Assembly: GCA_043804515.1 (NCBI GenBank)
Contig: JAZDIZ010000084.1
Span: 1-40,356, forward strand
Reading direction: 5' to 3'
Length of the DNA stretch: 40,356 bases
From: Pseudomonadota bacterium
GTDB lineage: Bacteria > Bdellovibrionota_G > JALEGL01 > DATDPG01
Shown: one piece after another, positions 1-9,221 of the stretch
How positions within the stretch are numbered: the stretch's first letter is position 1
Layout: the number at the start of each line of letters is the position of its first letter
Made by a program: the position numbers and the translations under genes
The notes under the pieces: model-generated
The model's input: only the letters and a program-made list of their open reading frames with translations
The model's database searches: none
What the model was told of the DNA's origin: nothing

Positions 1-3000
1 GCTCCTTTCCAGTTCCTGACTCGCCGGCGATGAAGACCGGAGCGTCGGACACGGCGGCCTGTTCGATGGTTTCTTTTAAGCGACGCACGGCCGCGCTGCT
101 GCCGATGATCTCCTCGCTGTGTACCTCCGCATCCGTCGTCCCCGTCGGCAGAATAAAGATCTGCCCCGTCGCAGCGAGTTCCTCTTTCAAACGCCGGTTG
201 AGAAAATCGATTCGTTCCTTCTGCCTTTGCACCTCGTCCTCTCTTCGGTGCTTGGCCAGCATCACGGCGAAATGCTCCGTGAGAGCCGCGGCCGTGTAGG
301 AATCGACGGAAGCGAAGGGGTCCGCCTGCCGCGTTCGATCCAGATAGAGAACCGCGGCCGTACCGGCCGAAGCCTCGAAGGGGACACAGATGAACGAGTG
401 CGCCGAGGAGAGGACAAGGCTGTCCCGGTCCTTCCACTCCTCCGATTCCGCGACCCTTCGTTCGCTGATCACCTGGCGTGTCCGGACGGCCTTTTCGAGA
501 ACACCCCGGCTGATCCGTTCGGCGATGTCGGGCATCCACCGGCCTTCGGAACTTCGGGCGCTCAACAGGAGAGGCGGGTCCGCGGCGAATTCAAAAAGCG
601 CTCCCCGTTCCGCTCCCGTCAAGCCGATCGCCGCATCCACAAAAGAGTCGACAAGGGGTTCCGACCGGTCCATTTGGTTCAATTTCTTGATCGTGTCCAA
701 GAGGTGGGAGATGGCCTGGGAGGAAAGCTGGCGGGCGACGCGCACGCTCAAATGGGAAGCCTCGGAATCGGATCCCGAATCTTGCACCGTGTCTTGAGCG
801 TCCTGTCCTGCCAATTCAGCGAGCTCCCGGCAATGACGAATACTTAGATACGCGGATTGCAATTCCTCGTCCAGAGATGAGCTGAGGCGTTGGAACAGAT
901 GGAGCGCCTTCCGTGCGAGGTCTGAGGCTTTGTCGCTCTCTTTGGGCCGCGCTCGTTCACCCGCGAGAAGCGCCCAATACCGCGCCGACCACTCCGGATT
1001 CTTCTCTTTCGCAATTCGATCCTCCAGGCCGTCCCGAAGTTCCTTTTGCGATGATTCGGCTTTCAACGCCTGAGCGTCCAGGGCTTCAAGCGCCCGCACT
1101 CTCAACGGAGTGGGTAGGACTTCGGAGCGCAGAGGGCCTGCAAGATTGCTCCACTTCCGCTCGAAGGCGATCAGATTCAACTCGCCAAGCTTGTCGGCTT
1201 CGCCGCGCTTTCGAAAAATCTCACAAGCTTTCGTCCATCGCTCGCGGGCCGTCGACTCCGCCGGAGTAACTTCCGCCAGCGCCGCAAGCGCGAACGCGGC
1301 CAAATCGGCGTCCCCGGCCCGTTCGGCGGCTTTGTGCGCCTCCGAAAGCATCGACGCGCAACGGGGATCGCGGCTCAGAAAGAAGTGGAGTTTTCCCTTC
1401 CGGTACAAGGCGTGGGCATAGTCCCTTCGGTCGCCGATGCTCCGGAAGAGATCGACACCCCGTTCATACGCACGGAGCGCATCCGCGTATCGCCCCAGCT
1501 TCTCGCAGAGAACCCCTGAATTGATCCGGTGCGTGGCCACGGATTGGAAATCGAATGCCTCCTCGGCCGCTTCAATAGCCCTTGAATACGCTTTGAGGGC
1601 CCTCTCATCGTCATCCCTTGCTTGATGGTAGAGAGCCAGGCTCCCCTGCGCCATCGAGATCCCGGGGCCGTAGGACCGAGCCTCGCTTTCATGCAAGGCG
1701 GTTTCGTAAAGTTCGCGCGCTTTGTCGAATTGCTTGGACTTGAGGTCCGCGTGGCCCCGCAAGCAGAGCGAGCGGACTTTCTCCCGGAACAGGGTCTCCG
1801 GCATATTCTCGATCGCCTGCCCCAAGCGTTCGACCTCCGAAAAATCCCCGGCCAGGAGCGAAGCGATCTGCTTTACGGAATCCAGCCGAACTCTTTGTTC
1901 CGTCCGATCCGGGTCCGGAACCTTCTCGAGCAATTGATAGGCCTGGCCTACCAACGCAAGCGCCGATCCGAGATCCCGTTGCTTGATCCGCAGCGAAGAA
2001 AGCGCGTGAAGCACATCGACCTTTTGGCGCGGGATTTCCCCGTGTGCGTTTTCGAGCCACCAGGAGGCTTCCTCCGTTCGCCCGGCCCGTGTGCAGATCT
2101 CCCCTGCCATAAGCAGAAACTCCGTGTCGGAATGCAACAGCCCGAGTTTCTCAAAGCACGGACGGGCCGTTTCGAGCAACGCAACGGCTTCCCCGTGAGC
2201 ATGCTGCCGATGGAAACGGCGGATCGCCTCTCCGAGATAGGGGACGCCCGACTCGGGGCGCTCCGACCGAAGGAAGTGGCTTGAGATGAGCCCGGCATCG
2301 GCTCCGTCGCGGGCCAACAGGTCGGCAACTTTACCGTGCAGAATCTCAAGATCGGCGGGCGATGTGTCCGAGAGAACGGCTGCCGCCGTAACAGGACTTT
2401 CCAGAGTGACGCACGCGAGGCCGTTCTCGGATGCGGTGCGAACGAGGCCGGACTCAAACAGGCCATGGAGAATCTCGCGCCCGGCCTGAAGCGAAGCGAC
2501 CGGCAATGGACGCGCGGCCGCGGCGAGCAGACGTAGAACGTATCTCTCCTGCTCGGAGGCCTTCCCGACAGCGCTTCGGAGCGCTTCCGGAGCGAACGAG
2601 CGGAGATCGACTTTCCGCACCTCCTGCTCGAATTCAAGGCGGGGCCAGGCATCCAGGCTGGGGAGAAAGACTTTCGCGACGGCTTCCATGAGAAGCGGAA
2701 CGCCTCCCGACTTCTCGTGAAACGCCCTCACGACAGCCGGGTGAACCCGAGGCTGGAGCGTTTGAAAGAAATCGGACGCATCTTCCAACTTGAGCGGGGG
2801 AAGCCGGAACCGTTCCACGGGGAGCTCCGGCCCCGCGGATGCGAAAGCGGATTCGGTCTCCACGGCGGCTAAAACAGAAAGGCCCGAGACGCCCGCAGCT
2901 TTGAGACGCATCAACGCGCGGACCACGGCGCTCCGGTCTTCCGATGGCATTCGATCGAAATCATCCAGCAGGAGAACCAACGGGCGTTCGGACAGTTTCC

Positions 3001-4129
3001 GCCCGATCCACTGGACGAGAATCTCGTAACGGTCGCTGACGATCAGCGGATCCTCAGCGGGCATCGGCACCGCCTCGCCGGGGGCGCGCAGATACGCCGC
3101 AAAGTCCTCCAGAAAGTTCGGCCCGGAGATCGCAACGCAATCATAGAGAAAGGCCGCTTTGCCGAGCAGCTGAAGCTTCAGGCGAAGCTCTTTGAGTACC
3201 CGGGTCTTTCCGATCCCGGGAGGGCCTATGAGGGCCGCGAACGGGTGATGCCGGTCCAGAACGGCAAGGAGGCTCTCGACGAAACGGTCCCGCCCCAGAA
3301 GGAAGGGAAAGGCCACTTGCGCTTCGGGGGTGCCCGCAGCTATCGCGGTTTGGGCCGAGGGGATGGTCCTCCTCAATCCCGCCAGGAGCTGGCCCGCGTG
3401 CCGGTACCGGCCCTCGGGATTGCGCGAAAGGAGCTTGCGTACAACCTCATCCAATGCCTCCGAAAGATCCGGGCGAACCGCTCGCAGTGATGCCGGGCGC
3501 GATCCCGAGGGAACCTCGCCGGCGGCAAGAAACCAGACGGTGAGGCCGAGCGAATAGAGGTCCGAACGCTCGTCCGGGGGTGTGCCTCGTTGAACCTCCG
3601 GAGCCATGAATTTCGGCGTCCCGCGGACCGTTTCGTCGGCTTCCCGCGAGTCCCGCTTGGTGGCCAATCCGAAATCCACCAGGACAAAGCGCCTTGAATC
3701 CCCCACGCGCATGATGTTCGCAGGTTTGATATCCCCGTGGATCAATCCACGGCTGTGCAGGAAGCTCAGCGCCGATCCGATCCGGGCCAACACATCGGCG
3801 AGTTCCTCCTCGGACCAGCGGTGGTCCGGATCCGGAAGCGGAACGCCGTCCAGCAGCTCGGCCGTATAGAACGGCGTCGACGTCGCCCGGTCGATGCCGT
3901 AGTCGAAGACGCGGACGATGTGAGGATGGTTGAAAACCGCCAGAAACGAGAATTCGCTGGCGAACCACCCGCTCAACTCCGGCTTGCCTACAGGAAGAAG
4001 TTTCAGGGCAAGGAGCCGTTCGGGGAATCGTGCGTCCCGGACGGCATAAACGTATCCCATGCCTCCTTTTCCCAGGACTCGCTCGACCCGATACTGATCC
4101 GCAAAAAGTTCGCCAGGTTGAAGATTCAT
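1..4129 (-). CDS. Multidomain Ser/Thr kinase - STAND NTPase - TPR - GAF - sigma-54-dependent enhancer-binding protein (3' end truncated by the window edge)
   Basis: Manual translation from ATG 4129. Kinase motifs: LGKGGMGYVY, ALK, HGDIKPAN, DFG, GTPKFMAPE. NTPase motifs: Walker A GPPGIGKT (~3203-3226), Walker B LVLLLDD (~2960-2980), SGGVPL (~2695-2712). TPR-like helices at ~1300-1900 (GVLCEKLGRYADALRAYERG). GAF-like segment at ~250-700 (LTGAERGALF...SFICVPF...VLYLDR). At the edge, IIGSSAAVRRLKETIEQAAVSDAPVFIAGESGTGKE. All checked points are in the same frame, and the ORF track lists no stop-terminated ORF in that frame. Confidence 0.9.
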   Translation of the reverse strand, partial: MNLQPGELFADQYRVERVLGKGGMGYVYAVRDARFPERLLALKLLPVGKPELSGWFASEFSFLAVFNHPHIVRVFDYGIDRATSTPFYTAELLDGVPLPDPDHRWSEEELADVLARIGSALSFLHSRGLIHGDIKPANIMRVGDSRRFVLVDFGLATKRDSREADETVRGTPKFMAPEVQRGTPPDERSDLYSLGLTVWFLAAGEVPSGSRPASLRAVRPDLSEALDEVVRKLLSRNPEGRYRHAGQLLAGLRRTIPSAQTAIAAGTPEAQVAFPFLLGRDRFVESLLAVLDRHHPFAALIGPPGIGKTRVLKELRLKLQLLGKAAFLYDCVAISGPNFLEDFAAYLRAPGEAVPMPAEDPLIVSDRYEILVQWIGRKLSERPLVLLLDDFDRMPSEDRSAVVRALMRLKAAGVSGLSVLAAVETESAFASAGPELPVERFRLPPLKLEDASDFFQTLQPRVHPAVVRAFHEKSGGVPLLMEAVAKVFLPSLDAWPRLEFEQEVRKVDLRSFAPEALRSAVGKASEQERYVLRLLAAAARPLPVASLQAGREILHGLFESGLVRTASENGLACVTLESPVTAAAVLSDTSPADLEILHGKVADLLARDGADAGLISSHFLRSERPESGVPYLGEAIRRFHRQHAHGEAVALLETARPCFEKLGLLHSDTEFLLMAGEICTRAGRTEEASWWLENAHGEIPRQKVDVLHALSSLRIKQRDLGSALALVGQAYQLLEKVPDPDRTEQRVRLDSVKQIASLLAGDFSEVERLGQAIENMPETLFREKVRSLCLRGHADLKSKQFDKARELYETALHESEARSYGPGISMAQGSLALYHQARDDDERALKAYSRAIEAAEEAFDFQSVATHRINSGVLCEKLGRYADALRAYERGVDLFRSIGDRRDYAHALYRKGKLHFFLSRDPRCASMLSEAHKAAERAGDADLAAFALAALAEVTPAESTARERWTKACEIFRKRGEADKLGELNLIAFERKWSNLAGPLRSEVLPTPLRVRALEALDAQALKAESSQKELRDGLEDRIAKEKNPEWSARYWALLAGERARPKESDKASDLARKALHLFQRLSSSLDEELQSAYLSIRHCRELAELAGQDAQDTVQDSGSDSEASHLSVRVARQLSSQAISHLLDTIKKLNQMDRSEPLVDSFVDAAIGLTGAERGALFEFAADPPLLLSARSSEGRWMPDIAERISRGVLEKAVRTRQVISERRVAESEEWKDRDSLVLSSAHSFICVPFEASAGTAAVLYLDRTRQADPFASVDSYTAAALTEHFAVMLAKHRREDEVQRQKERIDFLNRRLKEELAATGQIFILPTGTTDAEVHSEEIIGSSAAVRRLKETIEQAAVSDAPVFIAGESGTGKE

Positions 4130-4477
4130 GCAGGAATTATCGAGCCTAACTAAAGATCGCGATCCTCAGTAGCTATTTTCAGCGTTCATCGATCGGAGCG
4201 GTTTTGAACAAAGCTAACACGTTGAAATCATTGACCTTTGTCGGGATCTTCGGGTCCGCATATTCAACGTCCGGACGGCTCCGTCAGGGAGCGAAAGTTT
4301 CCGCTTCCGAATAAGTTTAAGCCGGCAGCAATAAGATTTCGAAGGAAACCGGCGGCTTCCCGATTGGAGACCTTCCCGAAGGAGATCTTTTGAGCCGAAA
4401 TCCTGCCGGAAAATCCCGGCCTTCCGGGTTGAAAACACACCATCCTTTATAAGAGAGATCTGAGCGCTTCAACTTCT

Positions 4478-4493
4478 TGGCATGTGCATTGCT
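4478..4493 (+). promoter_or_regulatory. Sigma-54 (-24/-12) promoter upstream of the metalloprotease gene
   Basis: TGGCATGTGCATTGCT matches TGGCAC-N5-TTGCW with exact GG-N10-GC spacing. It lies 50 nt upstream of ATG 4544 and next to a sigma-54 activator gene. Confidence 0.8.
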
Positions 4494-4543
4494 CAATCAT
4501 GAATCTGAAAAGGGAATCTCACGGAGAAGCGAAGGAGGATCGT

Positions 4544-6664
4544 ATGCGGACGTTTTTGTCAGTTCCTTTCATGATCGTAATTGTTCTTGGTCTCTCGTTG
4601 GTGCTCTCGGGGTGTGAGTCCAGCGTAGGCGTGAATCCAACGGACCGCCCTCAATACGGCGACCGGCAACAGATCGAAGGTTATCTGGAGATCCAGGTGC
4701 TGGACGATTTTGCCGGAAAGAAATCCGACATGCTCTCGTTCGTAAAGACGCAGGCAGGCGACATGATACAACTTCAAGACCCGGATCTGCTGTTGGGTCA
4801 GAACGACATGAGATCGGGTGATCTCGTGCGTTTGCAGGGAAGTTCAGGCGTGCGCGCCTTCACCGTAAGGTCCGTTCTGCTTATTGAGCGCCCACCGGCC
4901 CCGCCCCTCTCCCCAAGGCCAAGAACCGAATCCGTTCTCGCCGTCCCCGTCCGTTTCACCGGCGACGACGATTCGGGTCGATTCTCGGAGAGCCAACTCA
5001 ACGACATGCTTTTGGAGAGTCCAAACTCAATGGCCAGGTTCTATATCGAAGCTTCGTACGGCAAGTATGCGCTCACGGGTGCCGTGCAACCTATGATCGA
5101 GTTGGCAAGGTCGGTCCGAACGGCCTGCGACACAACCATGGTCCTCAATGAAGCAGTCCGGGTCGTGCGCGACCGCATCGGCGACGAGGCCCTCAAACAA
5201 TATGCTTTTGTACAGCTATGGCTCCCTGATGTGACTTCCGAGGAGTGCCCCGCTTGGTGGTGGGCGGGTTTGGGGACGCTTGGAAAGGTCAACGTGGTGA
5301 CCCTGACGGACGGTACGCATTACCAGGCGGGCGTGACTTGGATTAAGGACTACCAGGAGGCCGACCATGCGCGATTTATTTCGGCGCACGAAATCGGGCA
5401 CAACCTGGGGCTTTTGCATTCGTCACTTCACCTTTGTGACTATGCCCCGCTGGGGGCGGCGTGTGTTTCCTACGAATACGGGGACGGATTCGACGTCATG
5501 GGCAGTGGCGGCATGGTCGGGCCGAATCATTTTTCGGCCATCCACAAAGAGATGATGGGCTGGCTCAGCGCTTCCGAGGAAGCCGTAAGAAACCGCATCC
5601 TTAATGTGTCTTCGAGCGGTGTCTACACGATCTCCCCTATCGAATCCGGGGCCAACACATCCGCGCTCAAAGTGCTCAAACCGGACGGCCAATTCTACTA
5701 TCTGGAATACCGCCAGCCCTTGGGGTTTGACGCCGGTTTCGGAGGCGAGGACTTCATTCAGACGCAAGGCATTCAAATCCGTGTCGTAGACCGGCATGGC
5801 TTTTCCGATTCCAAGGTCTTTCGAATGGCCTTTGTGGGCACGAATCCACCGCTTGCCCTGAGCGATGCTGCTTTGATCACGTCTCAGGCCTTCTACGATG
5901 CGTGTTCGAACCTCCGTTTCGAGACGTTGAACGTCTCGCCACTCGGCGCAACCGTGCGGGTCGACTTCAACTTCCTGCCGGCGCCACAAGCAGCGGCTGC
6001 CTGTACCGGCTCGACACCTCCACCGGCTCCGATCGTACTGAGCGCTTCAATAGTGGAGAACGAATCCGGACCCACGTGTGATCGCGCGTCGTTTCGTTTC
6101 GTGCCCAGTCTGGACAGCATCGGACAGCCGACACGAACCGTGTTCTTCTTTGAAGACGAGGGACACGACATGACCAACACCTGGACACGGGAGACGTACC
6201 AAGGCGCGGAAGCGTTCGAGATCGAAGGTTGTTATTCCATCCTGCGTGTTCAGTTGGCCGCGGTCGATGACCGCGGAAATATGTCGGCAAAGTCGAATGT
6301 TCTGACGCTCATTAGCCTCCCGTACCTACCCCAGCCCTATGACCTCTGGGCTTCCTCCGTCACACCTATGAGTGTGAGGCTCCAGTGGAGCTACGATCCC
6401 TGGTACGCGCAGTTTGTGGATTACTTTAAGGTCCTGAGATACGAGGAAGGCGGAATCGAACCGGAAACCGTGATCGGGGAGGTCCCGTACCAAACGTTCG
6501 CCGACGTAACGGTCCGGCCGCTCTCGGTTTATCATTACTTTGTGATCGCTCACAACGCACTCCACGACTCCCCGTATTCCGAGGAACTCCGGGTCCAGAC
6601 GCCCGAATTGCCCATGCCGGATACGGAGCCCCTAGCCCCTCCCCGCCCGCTTCCCGAATGGTGA
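4544..6664 (+). CDS. Lipoprotein zinc metalloprotease (metzincin, M11/M6-like) with C-terminal fibronectin type III-like domain(s)
   Basis: AAGGAGG RBS precedes ATG 4544. Signal peptide with lipobox LSGC. HEIGHNLGLLH zinc motif followed by YGDGFDVMG Met-turn. YYLEYRQP segment and an FN3-like C-terminus (SVRLQWS...YHYFVIAHN...SPYS). Confidence 0.85.
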   Translation: MRTFLSVPFMIVIVLGLSLVLSGCESSVGVNPTDRPQYGDRQQIEGYLEIQVLDDFAGKKSDMLSFVKTQAGDMIQLQDPDLLLGQNDMRSGDLVRLQGSSGVRAFTVRSVLLIERPPAPPLSPRPRTESVLAVPVRFTGDDDSGRFSESQLNDMLLESPNSMARFYIEASYGKYALTGAVQPMIELARSVRTACDTTMVLNEAVRVVRDRIGDEALKQYAFVQLWLPDVTSEECPAWWWAGLGTLGKVNVVTLTDGTHYQAGVTWIKDYQEADHARFISAHEIGHNLGLLHSSLHLCDYAPLGAACVSYEYGDGFDVMGSGGMVGPNHFSAIHKEMMGWLSASEEAVRNRILNVSSSGVYTISPIESGANTSALKVLKPDGQFYYLEYRQPLGFDAGFGGEDFIQTQGIQIRVVDRHGFSDSKVFRMAFVGTNPPLALSDAALITSQAFYDACSNLRFETLNVSPLGATVRVDFNFLPAPQAAAACTGSTPPPAPIVLSASIVENESGPTCDRASFRFVPSLDSIGQPTRTVFFFEDEGHDMTNTWTRETYQGAEAFEIEGCYSILRVQLAAVDDRGNMSAKSNVLTLISLPYLPQPYDLWASSVTPMSVRLQWSYDPWYAQFVDYFKVLRYEEGGIEPETVIGEVPYQTFADVTVRPLSVYHYFVIAHNALHDSPYSEELRVQTPELPMPDTEPLAPPRPLPEW

Positions 6665-6773
6665 TTGCCGGGCCGAGACCCGAGAAGATGTAAGAAGATT
6701 TTCTCCGCGGGCTCACGCAACAGAATTGTGGCCCTATTTGACCTGAGTCTCGCCGGTTGTTATCAGCTCGACC

Positions 6774-7124
6774 ATGGCATCACATGAAGATTGGGTGAAA
6801 GGTGTGGCCGCCGCAGTAACCGTAACAGCGGCCGACGGCACGATTGTCGATATGAACCCCGGTTCCCGCGAAACGTTCGCCGCGGACGGCGGGGCGGCCC
6901 TCATCGGCCGGAGCGTGTTTGACTGCCACAGCCCCGAATCCCGACAGAAGCTCAGCGAGTTCTACCGGACGCGGCAACCGAATCACTACACCATCCGCAA
7001 AAACGGCCGGCGCAAGATCATCCACCAGCTTCCCTGGTACAAAGACGGCCGATTCGCCGGCATCGTCGAGCTTTCGATTCCGATCCCCGACGACCTCCCG
7101 CATTTCGAACGGGACGCAACCTAA
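6774..7124 (+). CDS. Stand-alone PAS-domain protein
   Basis: 116 aa with a PAS pattern: DGTIVDMN...LIGRSVFDCH...YKDGRFAGIVE. Confidence 0.8.
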   Translation: MASHEDWVKGVAAAVTVTAADGTIVDMNPGSRETFAADGGAALIGRSVFDCHSPESRQKLSEFYRTRQPNHYTIRKNGRRKIIHQLPWYKDGRFAGIVELSIPIPDDLPHFERDAT

Positions 7125-7250
7125 CCTACTCACGAGGTGTGAGGTCTCAGAAACCGGTGCGTGGATCCGACCCGCCAACTCCATCGCAACGACGATCGTC
7201 GAGAACATCCAGAACTCGTTCGATCCGGAATCAGGGGAAGATTAGAACGT

Positions 7251-7279
7251 AAGCCGCTTCCGGAAGCACGGGGCTTTTG
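7251..7279 (+). terminator. Possible intrinsic terminator or hairpin
   Basis: AAGCC-GCTTCCGGAAGC-ACG-GGGCTTTTG: a 12-bp perfect palindrome with an outer stem and a short T run. Confidence 0.3.
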
Positions 7280-7332
7280 TCCCGCCCCTGGGCAAGCGTG
7301 ACCGCGCTTGACCGATCTGGCATGCTCGAAGA

Positions 7333-8022
7333 ATGAAACTTTCGTTCTTCCGCCGGTTGTTCAAACCGTTACACCCGGAGGGCATTCCATGGCCCGGAAG
7401 CGTTCTTTACAACCGCCTCAGCTCGACGCGCATTTTTCAGTGGCACTATGAAGAGCTGTCATCCCACATCCTGAGACACTGTAAGTCGGGCCGTCTCCTG
7501 GATGTGGGAACCGGGCCCGGCCGTCTTCTTGTCGGGCTTCACGAAAAGGCTCCGGATTTGGCACTTGTAGGCGTTGACGTGTCCTCCGGGATGGTGGAGC
7601 AAGCCCGGAAGAACATAACGGCCTTCGGCTACACGGGATCGATCGATGTCCGCGAAGCCAACGCCACATCCCTTCCCTTCCCCGATGCGTCCTTCGATTG
7701 CGTCGTGAGCAGCGGAACGATGCACCACTGGAAGGATGCCACGACGGGATTGAATGAGGTCTTTCGCGTGCTTCGAGAAGGAGGCTGCGCCTTGATGTAC
7801 GACCTGGTGAGCGACACCCCAAAACCGGCCATCGCCGAGATGCGAAGACGGTTCGGATGGTGGCGGACGACTCTCTTCTGGCTCCACAGTTTTGAGGAAC
7901 CTTTTTACAGCCGTGTTCATTTTGAATCGCTGGCCGAGGAGACGCTGTTTGGGAAGGGCTCCACCGAATTCGTCGGCCTTCTCTGTTGTCTGCTCTTGCG
8001 CAAGCCCGGCAAACAAGTATAA
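7333..8022 (+). CDS. Class I SAM-dependent methyltransferase (Methyltransf_11/UbiE-like)
   Basis: LLDVGTGPG, GVDVS, LPFPDASFDCV, MHHW, RVLREGG motifs. Confidence 0.9.
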   Translation: MKLSFFRRLFKPLHPEGIPWPGSVLYNRLSSTRIFQWHYEELSSHILRHCKSGRLLDVGTGPGRLLVGLHEKAPDLALVGVDVSSGMVEQARKNITAFGYTGSIDVREANATSLPFPDASFDCVVSSGTMHHWKDATTGLNEVFRVLREGGCALMYDLVSDTPKPAIAEMRRRFGWWRTTLFWLHSFEEPFYSRVHFESLAEETLFGKGSTEFVGLLCCLLLRKPGKQV

Positions 8023-8101
8023 GCGGACCAGGAACCCTTGATACGGCCCCCCATTGCACCCGGCGCAGGGCTGTGTTTAGTCTGACGCGTAGAGGTAGCC
8101 C

Positions 8102-8569
8102 ATGAATACCCAGGAAACGGACAGAGTTGAGCGGACGATTCTTCTTCACGCGCCGTGCAGCCGCGTCTGGAAAGCGCTCACCGATATAGAAGAATTCGGC
8201 CGATGGTTCGGCGTTCAATCCCACGACTCTTTCACACCGGGGGCTCGCGTCCGGGGAATGAACACGCGCAAGGGCTTCGAAAAGGTCAAATGGGACGTTA
8301 CCGTGGCTCAGATGGAGCCCGAAAGGCTGTTCTCCTGGCGCTGGCACCCGTACGCGATCGATCGCCTTGTGGACTATTCCGCCGAACCCACCACCCAGGT
8401 CGTGTTCCGATTGGAGCCGGCCGCGAATGACACGAAGCTCTCGGTCTTCGAATCGGGTTTTGGAAGGCTTCCTCCGGCCCGCCGCTCCGAAGCGTATGCG
8501 AAGCACGAGGAAGGTTGGACCTTGCAGCTGAAGTCGATCGAGGAGTACCTCGGCCGGTCCGGCGGCTGA
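8102..8569 (+). CDS. SRPBCC (AHSA1/START-like) family protein
   Basis: RVWKALTD..EFGRWFG, PERLFSWRWHP, T.V.F.L, ESGF, EGW. Confidence 0.9.
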   Translation: MNTQETDRVERTILLHAPCSRVWKALTDIEEFGRWFGVQSHDSFTPGARVRGMNTRKGFEKVKWDVTVAQMEPERLFSWRWHPYAIDRLVDYSAEPTTQVVFRLEPAANDTKLSVFESGFGRLPPARRSEAYAKHEEGWTLQLKSIEEYLGRSGG

Positions 8570-8580
8570 GGCGTTCAGCC

Positions 8581-9087
8581 TCACACCAGAGAAGGCCTCT
8601 TTTTTCCAAACCAGCGTCGTACCTGCCTCTTGTAGACACAATAGGACTCGCCGAAGGCGGATTCCAACTGCCGCTCCTCCCCTGGAATGACCAGCCGATC
8701 CATGACCCACCAGGGAAGGGGAAGAAGGAGCATTGCGAATAATTCATGAAACACGAGCGCTGAGCCGATATAGACCGCGATCAGACCGAGGTAGACCGGA
8801 TTTCGCGTGAACTTATAGGGGCCGGACAGGACAAGCGCCCTGGACGAACCGTGCGGAACCAATGTCGTGCGCCGCCTGGCAAAAAGGACGATCGAGGTTA
8901 CGACGAGAGCAAGGCCCCCCGCGATGAACAGGAATCCGAGAAACCCGACAAGTCGCGAAAGCGGACCTAAAACCCCGATGCCCCCGATTGCATTTTGAAT
9001 CCAGTGCCCGAGAAAGAACGGCACAATTACGATCAGGGGCGGCGGAATTCTTCCGACGACCCTGAAAACTTTCGGCGAGCCCGGCAT
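8581..9087 (-). CDS. Isoprenylcysteine carboxyl methyltransferase / PEMT-family membrane protein
   Basis: Hydrophobic protein with LV.SGPYKFTRNPVYLG and IPGEERQLESAFGESY..Y...VRRW. Confidence 0.85.
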   Translation of the reverse strand: MPGSPKVFRVVGRIPPPLIVIVPFFLGHWIQNAIGGIGVLGPLSRLVGFLGFLFIAGGLALVVTSIVLFARRRTTLVPHGSSRALVLSGPYKFTRNPVYLGLIAVYIGSALVFHELFAMLLLPLPWWVMDRLVIPGEERQLESAFGESYCVYKRQVRRWFGKKRPSLV

Positions 9088-9221
9088 CTTTTAATAATAC
9101 GTTATCGATTCGATTCGGGCACAAAGTCAGTATCGGTGATTTCTACCGCCGTGATTTTTGTTCTAAATTCCTTGGCTTGAGCCACGCATATCCATTATCT
9201 TCCGTCGCACAAGGAGACCGC

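Noticed and set aside
30..4153. Many short ORFs listed in the track on both strands
   Set aside because: All overlap the single long kinase-STAND-activator frame, which explains the region.
8564..8583. Interlocking inverted repeats between convergent stops (GGCTGA/TCAGCC and TGAGGC/GCCTCA)
   Set aside because: Only 6-bp stems with no T tract; too weak to call a terminator.
7418..8710. 430-aa minus-strand ORF
   Set aside because: Antisense to the methyltransferase and SRPBCC genes; Arg/Pro-rich with no motifs.
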